64,000 nucleotides of DNA from an uncultured virus (IMG/VR IMGVR_UViG_3300011867_000002) (taxonomy: Duplodnaviria; Heunggongvirae; Uroviricota; Caudoviricetes): positions 62,001 through 126,000 of IMG/VR virus record IMGVR_UViG_3300011867_000002; one strand, given 5' to 3'. The position numbers and the translations under genes were made by a program. Shown here one piece after another: positions 9,615 to 18,600 of the stretch. The notes under the pieces were generated by a model. The model ran no database searches. It was not told the DNA's origin and was given only the letters and a program-made list of their open reading frames with translations. Position 1 is the first letter of the stretch; every line of letters starts with the position of its first letter.

Positions 9615-10844
9615 TTAGATGGTGCGCAGTTGCGCTGCTTTCAGGAACAGGTCGTTGGTGCCGAGCAGTTCGAGTTCTTGTTGCAGGTGGGTGTAGTTAC
9701 GGTCCTTGCGGGCAGTAGGCGACAGGATGTCCCACATCACGCCGAAGAACTGACGGCGGTCGTTGACGTCCTTCAGCAGCAGGTCGATGACGCGCACGTC
9801 TTCTTCCAGACGCACCACGTCTTCTTTGCTGAGGTCGCGGTCCTTCAGGTTCTCGATGATCTGGCTACGGATACGCACCATACGCGCGCCCGGCTTGTCG
9901 TAGCGGGAATCGGTACCGTCCATGGCGATCAGGAACACCGCGAGACCAGGAATCATGAAGATGGAGGCGATCTTGACGACTTCCATGAACAGGTAGCCAG
10001 GGAGCGAACGGAACGAGATGTTCCACGAACCCTTGTACACCGTGTCCAGTGCCAGTGCCAGATCACGACCGGCGCCGCAGCGCGTGGCGTACTGGTCAGC
10101 CAGGTATTCCCAGCTGGTGCTGTCGTAAATGCTGCGACCGAGTTGGCTTTTCGATTCACGGGCCACTGCCGAGATCACCACAGCTTCCACGACTTTCTTG
10201 TCGGTGCTCTTGGCCAGCGCCTTCTCATCGAAGTCTTTCAACTTCAGGGCTTGCTTGACCGACAGCATGACGACTTCGCGTTCCGCCACCGTGCCGGACA
10301 TGTCCAGCGCTTTCGACATCGAGGACAGGGCTTGGCTGGTTGTGGCGACATTGGCCATGAAGGCGCAGAAGTACATCAGGTGGCCGACTTCGTGCAGCAT
10401 GATCGCAGCCATGCCCGCTGGGGTGTACTTGCTGTTGCCCACCATGTCCAGTGGCATGCGCAGGACGGCAGGGAACTCGGCGAATACGCCCGACACCTTG
10501 TTGCGCACCAGGTCAACCGTACCACGCATGATACCGTCGTTCTTTTGCAAGAAGGCCATGCCGTCGACGCCGTCGATGTGGTTGCGCAGGAAGTTGCCGA
10601 TCAGGATGTTGTTCTTGTTGACGTCTGGAACGTGGATCGACGGCGCGTGCTTGCCGAACGTCACGGTGATGTTCAGGTTGGTGTATTCATTGATGATACG
10701 CCCCACCCGTTCTTCTTCCTCGCTATCGGGTACTTTGTTGCGACCAAGTTGGTTGATCGCTTCCAACGCAAGAATCAGTTCATTCCGGAACTGGATGCCT
10801 TGGAACTGGATTGACGATTCCAGGCTCGGGTTCATGATACGCAT
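9615..10844 (-). CDS. Virion protein with a zinc-metalloprotease motif (phiKZ gp84-like)
   Basis: HEVGH (HExxH) plus downstream EYLADQYA. Start moved to ATG 10844 (RBS GAGGA); an SLE site lies near the N-terminus. Confidence 0.75.
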   Translation of the reverse strand: MRIMNPSLESSIQFQGIQFRNELILALEAINQLGRNKVPDSEEEERVGRIINEYTNLNITVTFGKHAPSIHVPDVNKNNILIGNFLRNHIDGVDGMAFLQKNDGIMRGTVDLVRNKVSGVFAEFPAVLRMPLDMVGNSKYTPAGMAAIMLHEVGHLMYFCAFMANVATTSQALSSMSKALDMSGTVAEREVVMLSVKQALKLKDFDEKALAKSTDKKVVEAVVISAVARESKSQLGRSIYDSTSWEYLADQYATRCGAGRDLALALDTVYKGSWNISFRSLPGYLFMEVVKIASIFMIPGLAVFLIAMDGTDSRYDKPGARMVRIRSQIIENLKDRDLSKEDVVRLEEDVRVIDLLLKDVNDRRQFFGVMWDILSPTARKDRNYTHLQQELELLGTNDLFLKAAQLRTI

Positions 10845-10990
10845 GGGTAATCCTCTGGCTAATATAGTCGTGAAAGTCAAATATAACAACCTCGGTAGAT
10901 CATCTGACCGAGTACTGCTATACAAAAATTGTAGCGGAAACTCATAGAGATTATCCGAATTACGCACTGAAGAAGAAGAGAGCGGCCACT

Positions 10991-12826
10991 ATGCTTATCA
11001 AAAATCTGATCGATTACTTGAAGAATGTCCCGTCAGATATTCTCTACATTGAAGCACGTCACGTTTTCTTTTGCGAATCCCAGTACGGTGGACAAAACGA
11101 TTACCACATGGTGAAAGAAGTCGTTCACTACAAGGATGGTCGGGTCGAGCCGCGCGTCGTGATGGTGGAGAACTATGAGCGCGCCTTCTATGTAACCAAG
11201 CAAGGTTACCAAAACCACCTAGAAAAGAAAGAGTGGGAAAAGAAAGACAAGCTCACCCGGTACACCTGTACCCAGTCGAAACTGCGGCGCACGATCGCCC
11301 AAGTATTGACGACGATGCAACCGAATCCACGCTTCAAGGATTGGGGCAAGGCACCGCGTATCATTGACCGCGGCATGCGTTCGATGTTCCGTAACCCGTG
11401 GATTTACGGTGCGGACATCAAGTCGACCACCCTCATCAAGAAAACCTACCAGCAACGCTTCGCCAAGTTCAATACCACACCATCAACGGTGGCGGTATTC
11501 GACATTGAGACCGACGTGATCCAAGGCACTGGCGACATCACCATGGCCACCTTGTCCTTTGGTAGCCGGATCGTCACAGCGGTCGATAAGAACATCCTGA
11601 ATGGCTACCATGATGCTGTGAACGACATCATGGAACTATTTAAGCGTTACATGGCCGACGATATCGAGAAGCGCAAGATCGACTGGGAACTGGTGTTGGT
11701 TGACGGTCCGGTAAATATCATCAAACATGTGTTCAAACGTGCCCATGAATGGAAGCCTGACTTCGTGGCGATCTGGAACATCAACTTCGATATGCCAGAA
11801 GTCTTGCGTCTCCTGCAAAAGAAAGGCGTCAAGCCCGAAGACATCTTCTGCGACCCCGCGATTCCCAAGAAGTACCGCACCTTCGAGTATATCGAGGGCA
11901 AGAAGAAGATGACCACCGCCTCGGGTGTCACCAAGTCCTTGAAGTGGGTTGAACAGTGGCACACGGTCGCTGTCGCCGCGAGCTTCTACTTCATTGACCA
12001 AGCCTGTGTCTACAAGAAGATTCGTACCGGTGCAGAATCGGACGAACCAAGTTATGCGCTGGACGCCATCATGAAGAAGCACTTGGCCGGGCGCGGTAAG
12101 TTGAAGACGGTGCCAGAAGCCGATAAGTTGGCCGGGCTGGCGTGGCACAAGTACATGCAGACTAAGCATCCCCTGCACTACGTCGTCTACAACAACTTCG
12201 ACTGCGTGGGTCCAGAGATTCTGGACGAGACCACCAACGACATGCGCTTGACGCTCCCGATGATGACGGGGGCATCTGAGTTCCATGACTTCTCGTCGCA
12301 GCCGCGTTGCTCGGCAGACAATCTGCACTTCTTTGTCATGACGAAGGACCATGTGCTGGGTACGACGTCAGACGAGATGAAACATGAACTCGACGAGTAC
12401 TGTGTGAAGTTGGATGGTTGGATTTGTACGCTCCCAGCTGCCAACATCGCCATGAACGGCCTGAAGGCAGTCGAAGAACTGCCAGACCGCCATACCAACA
12501 TCTACATCCACGTGGGTGACCTGGACGTGGCAGCTTCTTATCCGAATGGCGGTGCTGTCTTCAATGTCTCGAAAGACACCACCATTCGTGAACTGCACCG
12601 GATTGCGGATGTGGAGTACGAAGACCAACGCGAGCAAGGCATCAACCTCTCGGGTGGCCACACGAATGCCGTGGAATTCATGACGGTCATTTGCAAGTCG
12701 CCTGAACTCGACACCCTGCTCGATGCATTCCTGGCAGACGAAGGTCTGCCACCGGTGCAATTGGGTCACTACGACTATCCAAATACCTTGGCACCTCTTC
12801 CTCAAGAAGAAGCCATTGCTGCTTAA
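10991..12826 (+). CDS. Split family-B DNA polymerase, N-terminal part (3'-5' exonuclease plus palm motif A; phiKZ gp82-like)
   Basis: ExoI FDIETD, ExoII WNINFD, SYALD, ExoIII YNNFD and motif A DLDVAASYPN. Confidence 0.85.
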   Translation: MLIKNLIDYLKNVPSDILYIEARHVFFCESQYGGQNDYHMVKEVVHYKDGRVEPRVVMVENYERAFYVTKQGYQNHLEKKEWEKKDKLTRYTCTQSKLRRTIAQVLTTMQPNPRFKDWGKAPRIIDRGMRSMFRNPWIYGADIKSTTLIKKTYQQRFAKFNTTPSTVAVFDIETDVIQGTGDITMATLSFGSRIVTAVDKNILNGYHDAVNDIMELFKRYMADDIEKRKIDWELVLVDGPVNIIKHVFKRAHEWKPDFVAIWNINFDMPEVLRLLQKKGVKPEDIFCDPAIPKKYRTFEYIEGKKKMTTASGVTKSLKWVEQWHTVAVAASFYFIDQACVYKKIRTGAESDEPSYALDAIMKKHLAGRGKLKTVPEADKLAGLAWHKYMQTKHPLHYVVYNNFDCVGPEILDETTNDMRLTLPMMTGASEFHDFSSQPRCSADNLHFFVMTKDHVLGTTSDEMKHELDEYCVKLDGWICTLPAANIAMNGLKAVEELPDRHTNIYIHVGDLDVAASYPNGGAVFNVSKDTTIRELHRIADVEYEDQREQGINLSGGHTNAVEFMTVICKSPELDTLLDAFLADEGLPPVQLGHYDYPNTLAPLPQEEAIAA

Positions 12827-12829
12827 ACC

Positions 12830-12858
12830 ACCGGCCTCCTACAGGAGGCTGGTATTTT
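12830..12858 (+). terminator. Intrinsic terminator
   Basis: ACCGGCCTCCT-AC-AGGAGGCTGGT followed by ATTTT. Confidence 0.7.
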
Positions 12859-12873
12859 CAGGGGAGAAAAAGA

Positions 12874-13320
12874 ATGAGTACAGATAACCAAGAAAGATGG
12901 AAAAAGAAACTCAAAGAACTTGGTAACGACATTGAAATACTTCTGAAAGAAGCAGAAGCCGGCACCGGCACCGAAGAAGAATTCGAGCATTTGTGCAGTA
13001 ACACAAAAGTGGCGATCTATAAAGTGCGTGAACTACTTACTCCTTGGCGCATCGCATTCGGATTTCCTGCTAAACAACACCACGAACTTGCTGTCCAAGA
13101 GTTGCTCGATCTTCCAGTTGTGAAAGTTTTAGGCAATCACACCAAAACCCTCGCTGACGTAGTAGACAGCTATGTTTCGAATGCCCGTACGTGTTGGGGC
13201 ATTCAGAAGTTCACCACACTTTCGGGGGAACATCATAATGGTCACGTCGATGTGGTGATTATTTCTCAGCTCCTGGAAAGCCTCGATAAGGCAGGATACG
13301 TCATCGTGAAAAAGGGGTAG
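12874..13320 (+). CDS. Hypothetical protein
   Basis: 148 aa, RBS GGGGAG, lower GC than its neighbours. Confidence 0.7.
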   Translation: MSTDNQERWKKKLKELGNDIEILLKEAEAGTGTEEEFEHLCSNTKVAIYKVRELLTPWRIAFGFPAKQHHELAVQELLDLPVVKVLGNHTKTLADVVDSYVSNARTCWGIQKFTTLSGEHHNGHVDVVIISQLLESLDKAGYVIVKKG

Positions 13321-13322
13321 TC

Positions 13323-13688
13323 GTGTTATTCGATTTCGATGCTTGTATCATTCCCAAAAAAGAAACGAGAGAAGACAAGGGTACTATGGAACACGCACTT
13401 AGTTCACAACAATTCGGTGAGATCGTGGCGCAGAGACGGCGACACACCGATGGCGAAGTCCTGAAAGACGAAGAAAGTAGTGCACTGGACAAACTCAAGG
13501 AAGCAGGGTATGTTGTGCTCAAGCGACCCCCTATTGGGCTATTCAAGAACAAATCCCTGTACGGTATCGATCCCTATGACCCTGACTTGACCACGATGCA
13601 AAAGCTTCAGATCGTTGAAGAGTGCAAAGTCAATCCGTGGTTCTTTTACTTTGTACTTTGTCGTCCAGGTGAACCGGAAGTTGCATGA
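13323..13688 (+). CDS. Hypothetical protein with a terminase-N-terminus-like tail
   Basis: 121 aa; C-terminal GIDPYDPDLT...EECKVNPWFF. Confidence 0.65.
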   Translation: MLFDFDACIIPKKETREDKGTMEHALSSQQFGEIVAQRRRHTDGEVLKDEESSALDKLKEAGYVVLKRPPIGLFKNKSLYGIDPYDPDLTTMQKLQIVEECKVNPWFFYFVLCRPGEPEVA

Positions 13689-13689
13689 C

Positions 13690-13737
13690 CGGCATAAAAG
13701 AAAAAAGAGAGGGGCACTTGGCTCCTCTCTTATGCCG
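13690..13737. terminator. Bidirectional terminator flanked by CGGCATA/TATGCCG
   Basis: AAGAGAGGGGC...GCTCCTCTCTT stem between convergent genes. Confidence 0.8.
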
Positions 13738-13738
13738 C

Positions 13739-14560
13739 TTACGCGGGAGTCGCGCTGCGCTTCTTGCGCGTCAGTTCTCGGTAATGGCGCGCGATACGAA
13801 TATGGTAGTCGTATTGTTGGAATGCCGGGCCACAATACGCTTGGCAGAAGGTGTCCCAATCGCCAGCTTTGATGGCCTTGCACAAATGCGGGGTGTTCTT
13901 GATGAAGTCCGCAAAGATACGCAGTTGGCGGCGCTCGGAATGCTGCATGTCGAGCGTGAATTCGGTGATCTTCGAATAACCACAGAACCGGTAGTTCGAG
14001 CCTGGCAACTGGAACATGCCCCAGTTGGTGGCAATCATGGCAGCATACGAGTCGACCGAGATCGCCGCGCCAAAGCGCACGTACTCGTATTCGTCACTCA
14101 GGTAGCCGCCACCAGACGCCGAGACGATGGTCGGGTGTTTGCGCACCAGTTCATTGATCTGTTCGTTGCTGCGCTGCTTGGACAGTTCTTTGTAAAACTT
14201 CTCGCGGTTAAACACGATACGAGCGCGGCCATTGCTAATGAAGCCCGTACCTACTGCGAAGGTCAAACAAATGGCCTGGAGGGCTTCTGGAGCGCATCCA
14301 ATGACCAGTGCAGCATCTTCGAAGTCATGTGCTTGCAGATACTTCTTCTGGATGAGCGGTTCCATCTCATCACGGGTGGCATCATCATAACGGCCGCTTG
14401 GCAGCAAGCCGTGGTTAATCTGAAACCCCTTGAGTAGTTCTGACCACCCTTTACCAAAGATACCCGTCAGTGGTAGATTTGCTTTTTGTTTTTCATTCAG
14501 TGCCATTTGCACCTGACGGATGTATTCGCGGGTGTAGTATGCCGGCATCACCTCATTCAT
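13739..14560 (-). CDS. Peptidoglycan-binding domain plus N-acetylmuramidase (DUF3380)-like protein, catalytic motifs degenerate
   Basis: PG-binding signature (QMAL...GIFG...FQ..HGL..SG.YD..T), then NWGMFQLPGSNY...CGY...W..F..AYCGP..Y. ATG 14560 has RBS GGGGAG; the track start is 14593. Confidence 0.8.
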   Translation of the reverse strand: MNEVMPAYYTREYIRQVQMALNEKQKANLPLTGIFGKGWSELLKGFQINHGLLPSGRYDDATRDEMEPLIQKKYLQAHDFEDAALVIGCAPEALQAICLTFAVGTGFISNGRARIVFNREKFYKELSKQRSNEQINELVRKHPTIVSASGGGYLSDEYEYVRFGAAISVDSYAAMIATNWGMFQLPGSNYRFCGYSKITEFTLDMQHSERRQLRIFADFIKNTPHLCKAIKAGDWDTFCQAYCGPAFQQYDYHIRIARHYRELTRKKRSATPA

Positions 14561-14623
14561 GTTCTTCTCCCCATATTCGTAATACAGAGCCACCCGTGAA
14601 GGCGGCTCTGTACGGTACCGCAG

Positions 14624-15421
14624 TTAGTCGATACGGCAGTAGTTCTGCACGCGTTGGCGGCCGTCTTCGCTGAAGGCATGGCCGGCGAAGGTGGCGTCGA
14701 GGTTCACTTGCTTGGCGACGAAGGCACGCGACTGGAGCGGTGCGATCTTCAGCAGGAAGTTCAGGATGTCACGGAACGAACGACGGTCAGCCGGCACCAG
14801 GTTCATTTCGCGCAGTTCGAGGTGGCGGAACACCGCGAGGTCGTCGAAGGCGCCGGTGGCGTTGGCATCGATTTGTGCCAGCACGTTACCGAACACGACA
14901 TCGAAGTCTTTGCCTTCGAGTTCGTTGATGATCGACTGGATGGTGCGGAACAGGCGGCGCTGGTACGAGATACCGGTCGACACGCTGGTCGGACGACGTG
15001 GGTTCATCACTTCGGCGTACTCGTTGAAGCTGGCCAGGAGACCAGCAGCCAGTGGACTGATGGCGATGGCGTCGCGCGGGATTTCAGCGAAGGTGACTTC
15101 GCTCAGGACAGATTCGGCAGCCTTGCCCTCGACAGGCGGGACTGGCGGTACGCTTGGCGCACCAGCTGCGCGCTTTTGCTCGCTGCGTCCGTCAGCGCCT
15201 TCGCTGGATTGAACAGCGGTTCCGGTACCGCCGTTGGTCGACGAAATTCCTTCAGCGCTGTCGCCGGATGGAACACCGGTGTTTGCGGCGGGCGTTGCAG
15301 TGCCATCAGCAGCAGCGCCGCCGACAGGGGTTTGCTTGGCTTGTTCATCGTTCTTCCCTTGCTGTTGTTGCGCAGCGCCTTGGAAACGCTGCTGGTTTTG
15401 TTGGTTGTTACCTTTACCCAT
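14624..15421 (-). CDS. Conserved hypothetical protein with a low-complexity N-terminus
   Basis: 265 aa, RBS AAGGA, strong codon bias. Confidence 0.75.
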   Translation of the reverse strand: MGKGNNQQNQQRFQGAAQQQQGKNDEQAKQTPVGGAAADGTATPAANTGVPSGDSAEGISSTNGGTGTAVQSSEGADGRSEQKRAAGAPSVPPVPPVEGKAAESVLSEVTFAEIPRDAIAISPLAAGLLASFNEYAEVMNPRRPTSVSTGISYQRRLFRTIQSIINELEGKDFDVVFGNVLAQIDANATGAFDDLAVFRHLELREMNLVPADRRSFRDILNFLLKIAPLQSRAFVAKQVNLDATFAGHAFSEDGRQRVQNYCRID

Positions 15422-15471
15422 GGTGGTATCCTTAAAACGTGTGGTGAGAAATGAAAGGCATCTTCACAAGA

Positions 15472-16779
15472 TTAGAAGATATCCTTCTGCCAATCGAACT
15501 TGGCAAGAGAAAGCTTCTTCCCGTGTCCCGCTTGCATAAAAAGGTCCAAGAAGGCACTGCCGTAACCTGCCACCGCCGTTGAAGCCGAGGTCGGACTAAC
15601 CGCCAGCCGGGCGCCAACGCAGCTTTTACAGAAGTCGGTGAGTTTCGATTTGCAGTACATGGCGCTACGGGCAATCACCTTTTTACCAAGGTATTGCTGG
15701 GCTGCGGCCATGTCGGGAATGAAGATCGGACCATCTTTCCCCACGATCGAAAAGCCGGGCAGCATCTTGATGTTTTCGCTATCGATCAACAGTGGCAACC
15801 CGAGTTTGGTACCGCAATCATCGTCCGTGATGTTGATGTTCGACGATGCGCGCAAGAGCCACTTGACGGACTCACCGCCGAGCATGGTCTGTGCGCCACG
15901 GTTATACGAACCCGCACGGTGGCTGCTGTTCATCTGCGGGAACTTCTCGATGTCCCAGCCTTCACCCAGAGAGCCTGGGATCAAGTCGACGTTGATGTTT
16001 TCCGACAGGCCCGCTTCCGCACCCCACATGGCGTGCTGACGCTTGCGGACAATCGCAAACGCTTTGTCGGTAATCAAGAAGTTTTCACCAGGGTCACCCT
16101 TCAAGTAATCCCGGTCATACTGGACGAGGAGCGAATCGATCTTTGCAATCGTCGCCGGATCGTGCAGGCGATCCTTGTTTTCCGCCAACAGCTTGTCGCG
16201 GTATTCGTGGATACCAGGCGCGGCTTGCATAGTCTTTTCCGTTACCGCTGGCACGCACAACTGGGTGTAGGCCACCATCGAAAACGCAGCGTCGACGAAG
16301 TTCTTGTATTCGTCGACGTAGAGATACTTGTCGTCGCGCGGTTTGCCTTCAGCTGGGGTGTCTTCCAGACGCGGCAAGATCATCGCTTCGAGTTTACGGG
16401 GCATGATGCGCCCGGTAACGAACGGCACCTTATGGCCAAACGGGTACACCAGTACCGTGTAGTTCAAGAGCACGTTACCGTAAGTGGTATCGGTATCTTG
16501 GACGACGTTGGGCATGTCCCCTTTCTTCAAGAGGATACGGTCCTTGAATGCAAACGGAGCTTGGCCTGGTTTGGCATCGTCGATCTTGGTGAGTTCACCG
16601 TTCTTTTCCGGATCGACGAAGAAGTGCCCGGTTGGCATCTGCACAATCCGGTAGGCATAGGGTTCTTGCTTCCAGGCGTCGCCGCCTTCGTTGGTCAGAC
16701 TGAACGCAGTGATGACCCACGCCCGTCGACGGTACTCTTGTGCCTGCATGGCACGTAAGAAAAAGGTACGCTTATCCAT
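15472..16779 (-). CDS. Virion RNA polymerase beta'-like subunit (phiKZ gp80-like)
   Basis: Zn-binding beta' motif DDDCGT...RSAMYC...FCKSCVG; 435 aa. Confidence 0.85.
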   Translation of the reverse strand: MDKRTFFLRAMQAQEYRRRAWVITAFSLTNEGGDAWKQEPYAYRIVQMPTGHFFVDPEKNGELTKIDDAKPGQAPFAFKDRILLKKGDMPNVVQDTDTTYGNVLLNYTVLVYPFGHKVPFVTGRIMPRKLEAMILPRLEDTPAEGKPRDDKYLYVDEYKNFVDAAFSMVAYTQLCVPAVTEKTMQAAPGIHEYRDKLLAENKDRLHDPATIAKIDSLLVQYDRDYLKGDPGENFLITDKAFAIVRKRQHAMWGAEAGLSENINVDLIPGSLGEGWDIEKFPQMNSSHRAGSYNRGAQTMLGGESVKWLLRASSNINITDDDCGTKLGLPLLIDSENIKMLPGFSIVGKDGPIFIPDMAAAQQYLGKKVIARSAMYCKSKLTDFCKSCVGARLAVSPTSASTAVAGYGSAFLDLFMQAGHGKKLSLAKFDWQKDIF

Positions 16780-17617
16780 GATCGAATCCTTGTAACAGTC
16801 GGCTCACTTCGATGTCGACCTTGGTGATGACGTTGATGCTGGCGATGTAGCGTTCCAGATGCTGCTTAATCACCATGCGCGGATTCTTGGCGCCATCGAC
16901 CGATGCCAAAGCCATGATGATCATTTCCTTGGCGATCTGTTCCGCAATGATGCCTTCAAACTCACGGCCCATGTTATCGGCATAGGTCACGTAGGGGTAG
17001 CCCACGCTCCAGCCGGATTCCAAGAGGGAGATCAGGCGATAGTGGCGGCTACGGGTGTAGTTACAGAACTGGTTGATGCGGCTGACATACTTGGCACGCT
17101 CGATGCGTTCTTCGTCGGTCACGAGTTCTTCGTCGCGGGTGCCGGCCATTTCACGCAGCCGGCGTACAAAGCTGGCACCCACGCTTTCGAGACTCACCGT
17201 CAGGTTATCGGGGTTGTACGGGGTCACGAGGGCCATCACTTCCGCAAAGGTCTCGGTCGTATCTTGGTCAGTCGTGGTGATCCGGTACACCGACTCCATG
17301 TCTTCGTAGTCTTGGACGTCGAGAATACCGCGCAAGAGATTGCTGGTCAGAGACAGGGGGCTATTCTCGATTACCTGAATCTCGTGCTTGACCAGCATAT
17401 CTTGTTGTAAATCGCGTAAGAGATTAACGATACGAGTAATCGTGACTCCGGTCTCAACCGTATGGTCGAGCATGATGAGTTCTTCCAGACTATCGTCGAG
17501 ATTGGGGCTACCCATGGTAACCAAAATTTCGTGGGCATTCTGGATCGAAACCATGAGTTCAGGGGTGGTATTTTCCACGATGAACTGGCGATGGAGATCG
17601 AGCATGTGTTGCTCCAA
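16772..17617 (-). CDS. Conserved hypothetical protein (phiKZ gp79-like by synteny)
   Basis: 281-aa ORF overlapping the start of the vRNAP gene. Confidence 0.7.
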   Translation of the reverse strand: MEQHMLDLHRQFIVENTTPELMVSIQNAHEILVTMGSPNLDDSLEELIMLDHTVETGVTITRIVNLLRDLQQDMLVKHEIQVIENSPLSLTSNLLRGILDVQDYEDMESVYRITTTDQDTTETFAEVMALVTPYNPDNLTVSLESVGASFVRRLREMAGTRDEELVTDEERIERAKYVSRINQFCNYTRSRHYRLISLLESGWSVGYPYVTYADNMGREFEGIIAEQIAKEMIIMALASVDGAKNPRMVIKQHLERYIASINVITKVDIEVSRLLQGFDHG

Positions 17618-17779
17618 AAATATGTTGAAAAATATTGTTTGTGTAAATCAAGTAGCGGAGAATGCGGAAATTATTCTGAACGCATCACCGAAACCCCCGC
17701 AATGTCATACTTTAACCACAGAGTGGAATCAGATGATTTGCGTTCAACCCGAAGAAAACTGAGATAACTGGAGCCTAAT

Positions 17780-18595
17780 ATGTCCAACACGAGTCAAGCC
17801 CGCAAAGACCGTCGTCAAGCCAAGCGCAACGCTGCCAAAGCACAACCGGTCAACGTCATCCGCCCTACCGTCCAACTCGATCCGCTGGAACTGCTGGCCA
17901 AGGCTGAACTGGCCAAGATCACCGAAGAAGAAGAACTGGCTGCCCTGAACGGCGACGGTGGCGACCTCTGGGGCCAGATCGAACAAACCTTCCAGACCTG
18001 CCGCAAGGCCATCATCAACCTGCTGCGCGAAATCGCCGACATGAACCAGCGCGATATCCTTGTCCACATGGCCAGCGCTGTCCAGTTCACCAACCGCGTG
18101 CGCATCTTCCACGCCGACGTCAAGCAAGCCGAACAAGAACTGAACGCCATCCACGAACTGCACGCGCACCGTCTGAACGACAAGTCCGGCCCGCGTGAAA
18201 GCCTGGCCGGCATGGAAATCTTCGAGCACTACATGGCATGGCAAGCCAAGTACACCAACCTGCTCGACAAGACCATCATGGAACTGGCTGCGATGTTCGA
18301 CGAAGCGCGTCGCAAGAAGATGGCCGTCGAAGCGGCTGCCGCTGCCGCACAAGACCCAGCCGTCGTGACCGACGTCGCCTTCGCCGAAGTACCGCGAACC
18401 GAACTGGCCGTCGACCTCGGCAACACCACGCAAGCCGATGCAGCCGCAGTGGTCGAAAGCTTCCAGTCGGTTACGACCGATGGCGAAGGCATGGTGATCA
18501 ACGTCATCGGCCGCACGCAAGGTAAATCCGAACCGATCACCGACTCGGTGTTCGACCCAATCGCCGGCGCCGCCGAAACCACCACCCAGGAGTAA
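17780..18595 (+). CDS. Hypothetical helical/coiled-coil protein
   Basis: 271 aa, RBS GGAG, strong codon bias. Confidence 0.8.
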   Translation: MSNTSQARKDRRQAKRNAAKAQPVNVIRPTVQLDPLELLAKAELAKITEEEELAALNGDGGDLWGQIEQTFQTCRKAIINLLREIADMNQRDILVHMASAVQFTNRVRIFHADVKQAEQELNAIHELHAHRLNDKSGPRESLAGMEIFEHYMAWQAKYTNLLDKTIMELAAMFDEARRKKMAVEAAAAAAQDPAVVTDVAFAEVPRTELAVDLGNTTQADAAAVVESFQSVTTDGEGMVINVIGRTQGKSEPITDSVFDPIAGAAETTTQE

Positions 18596-18600
18596 GTTCC

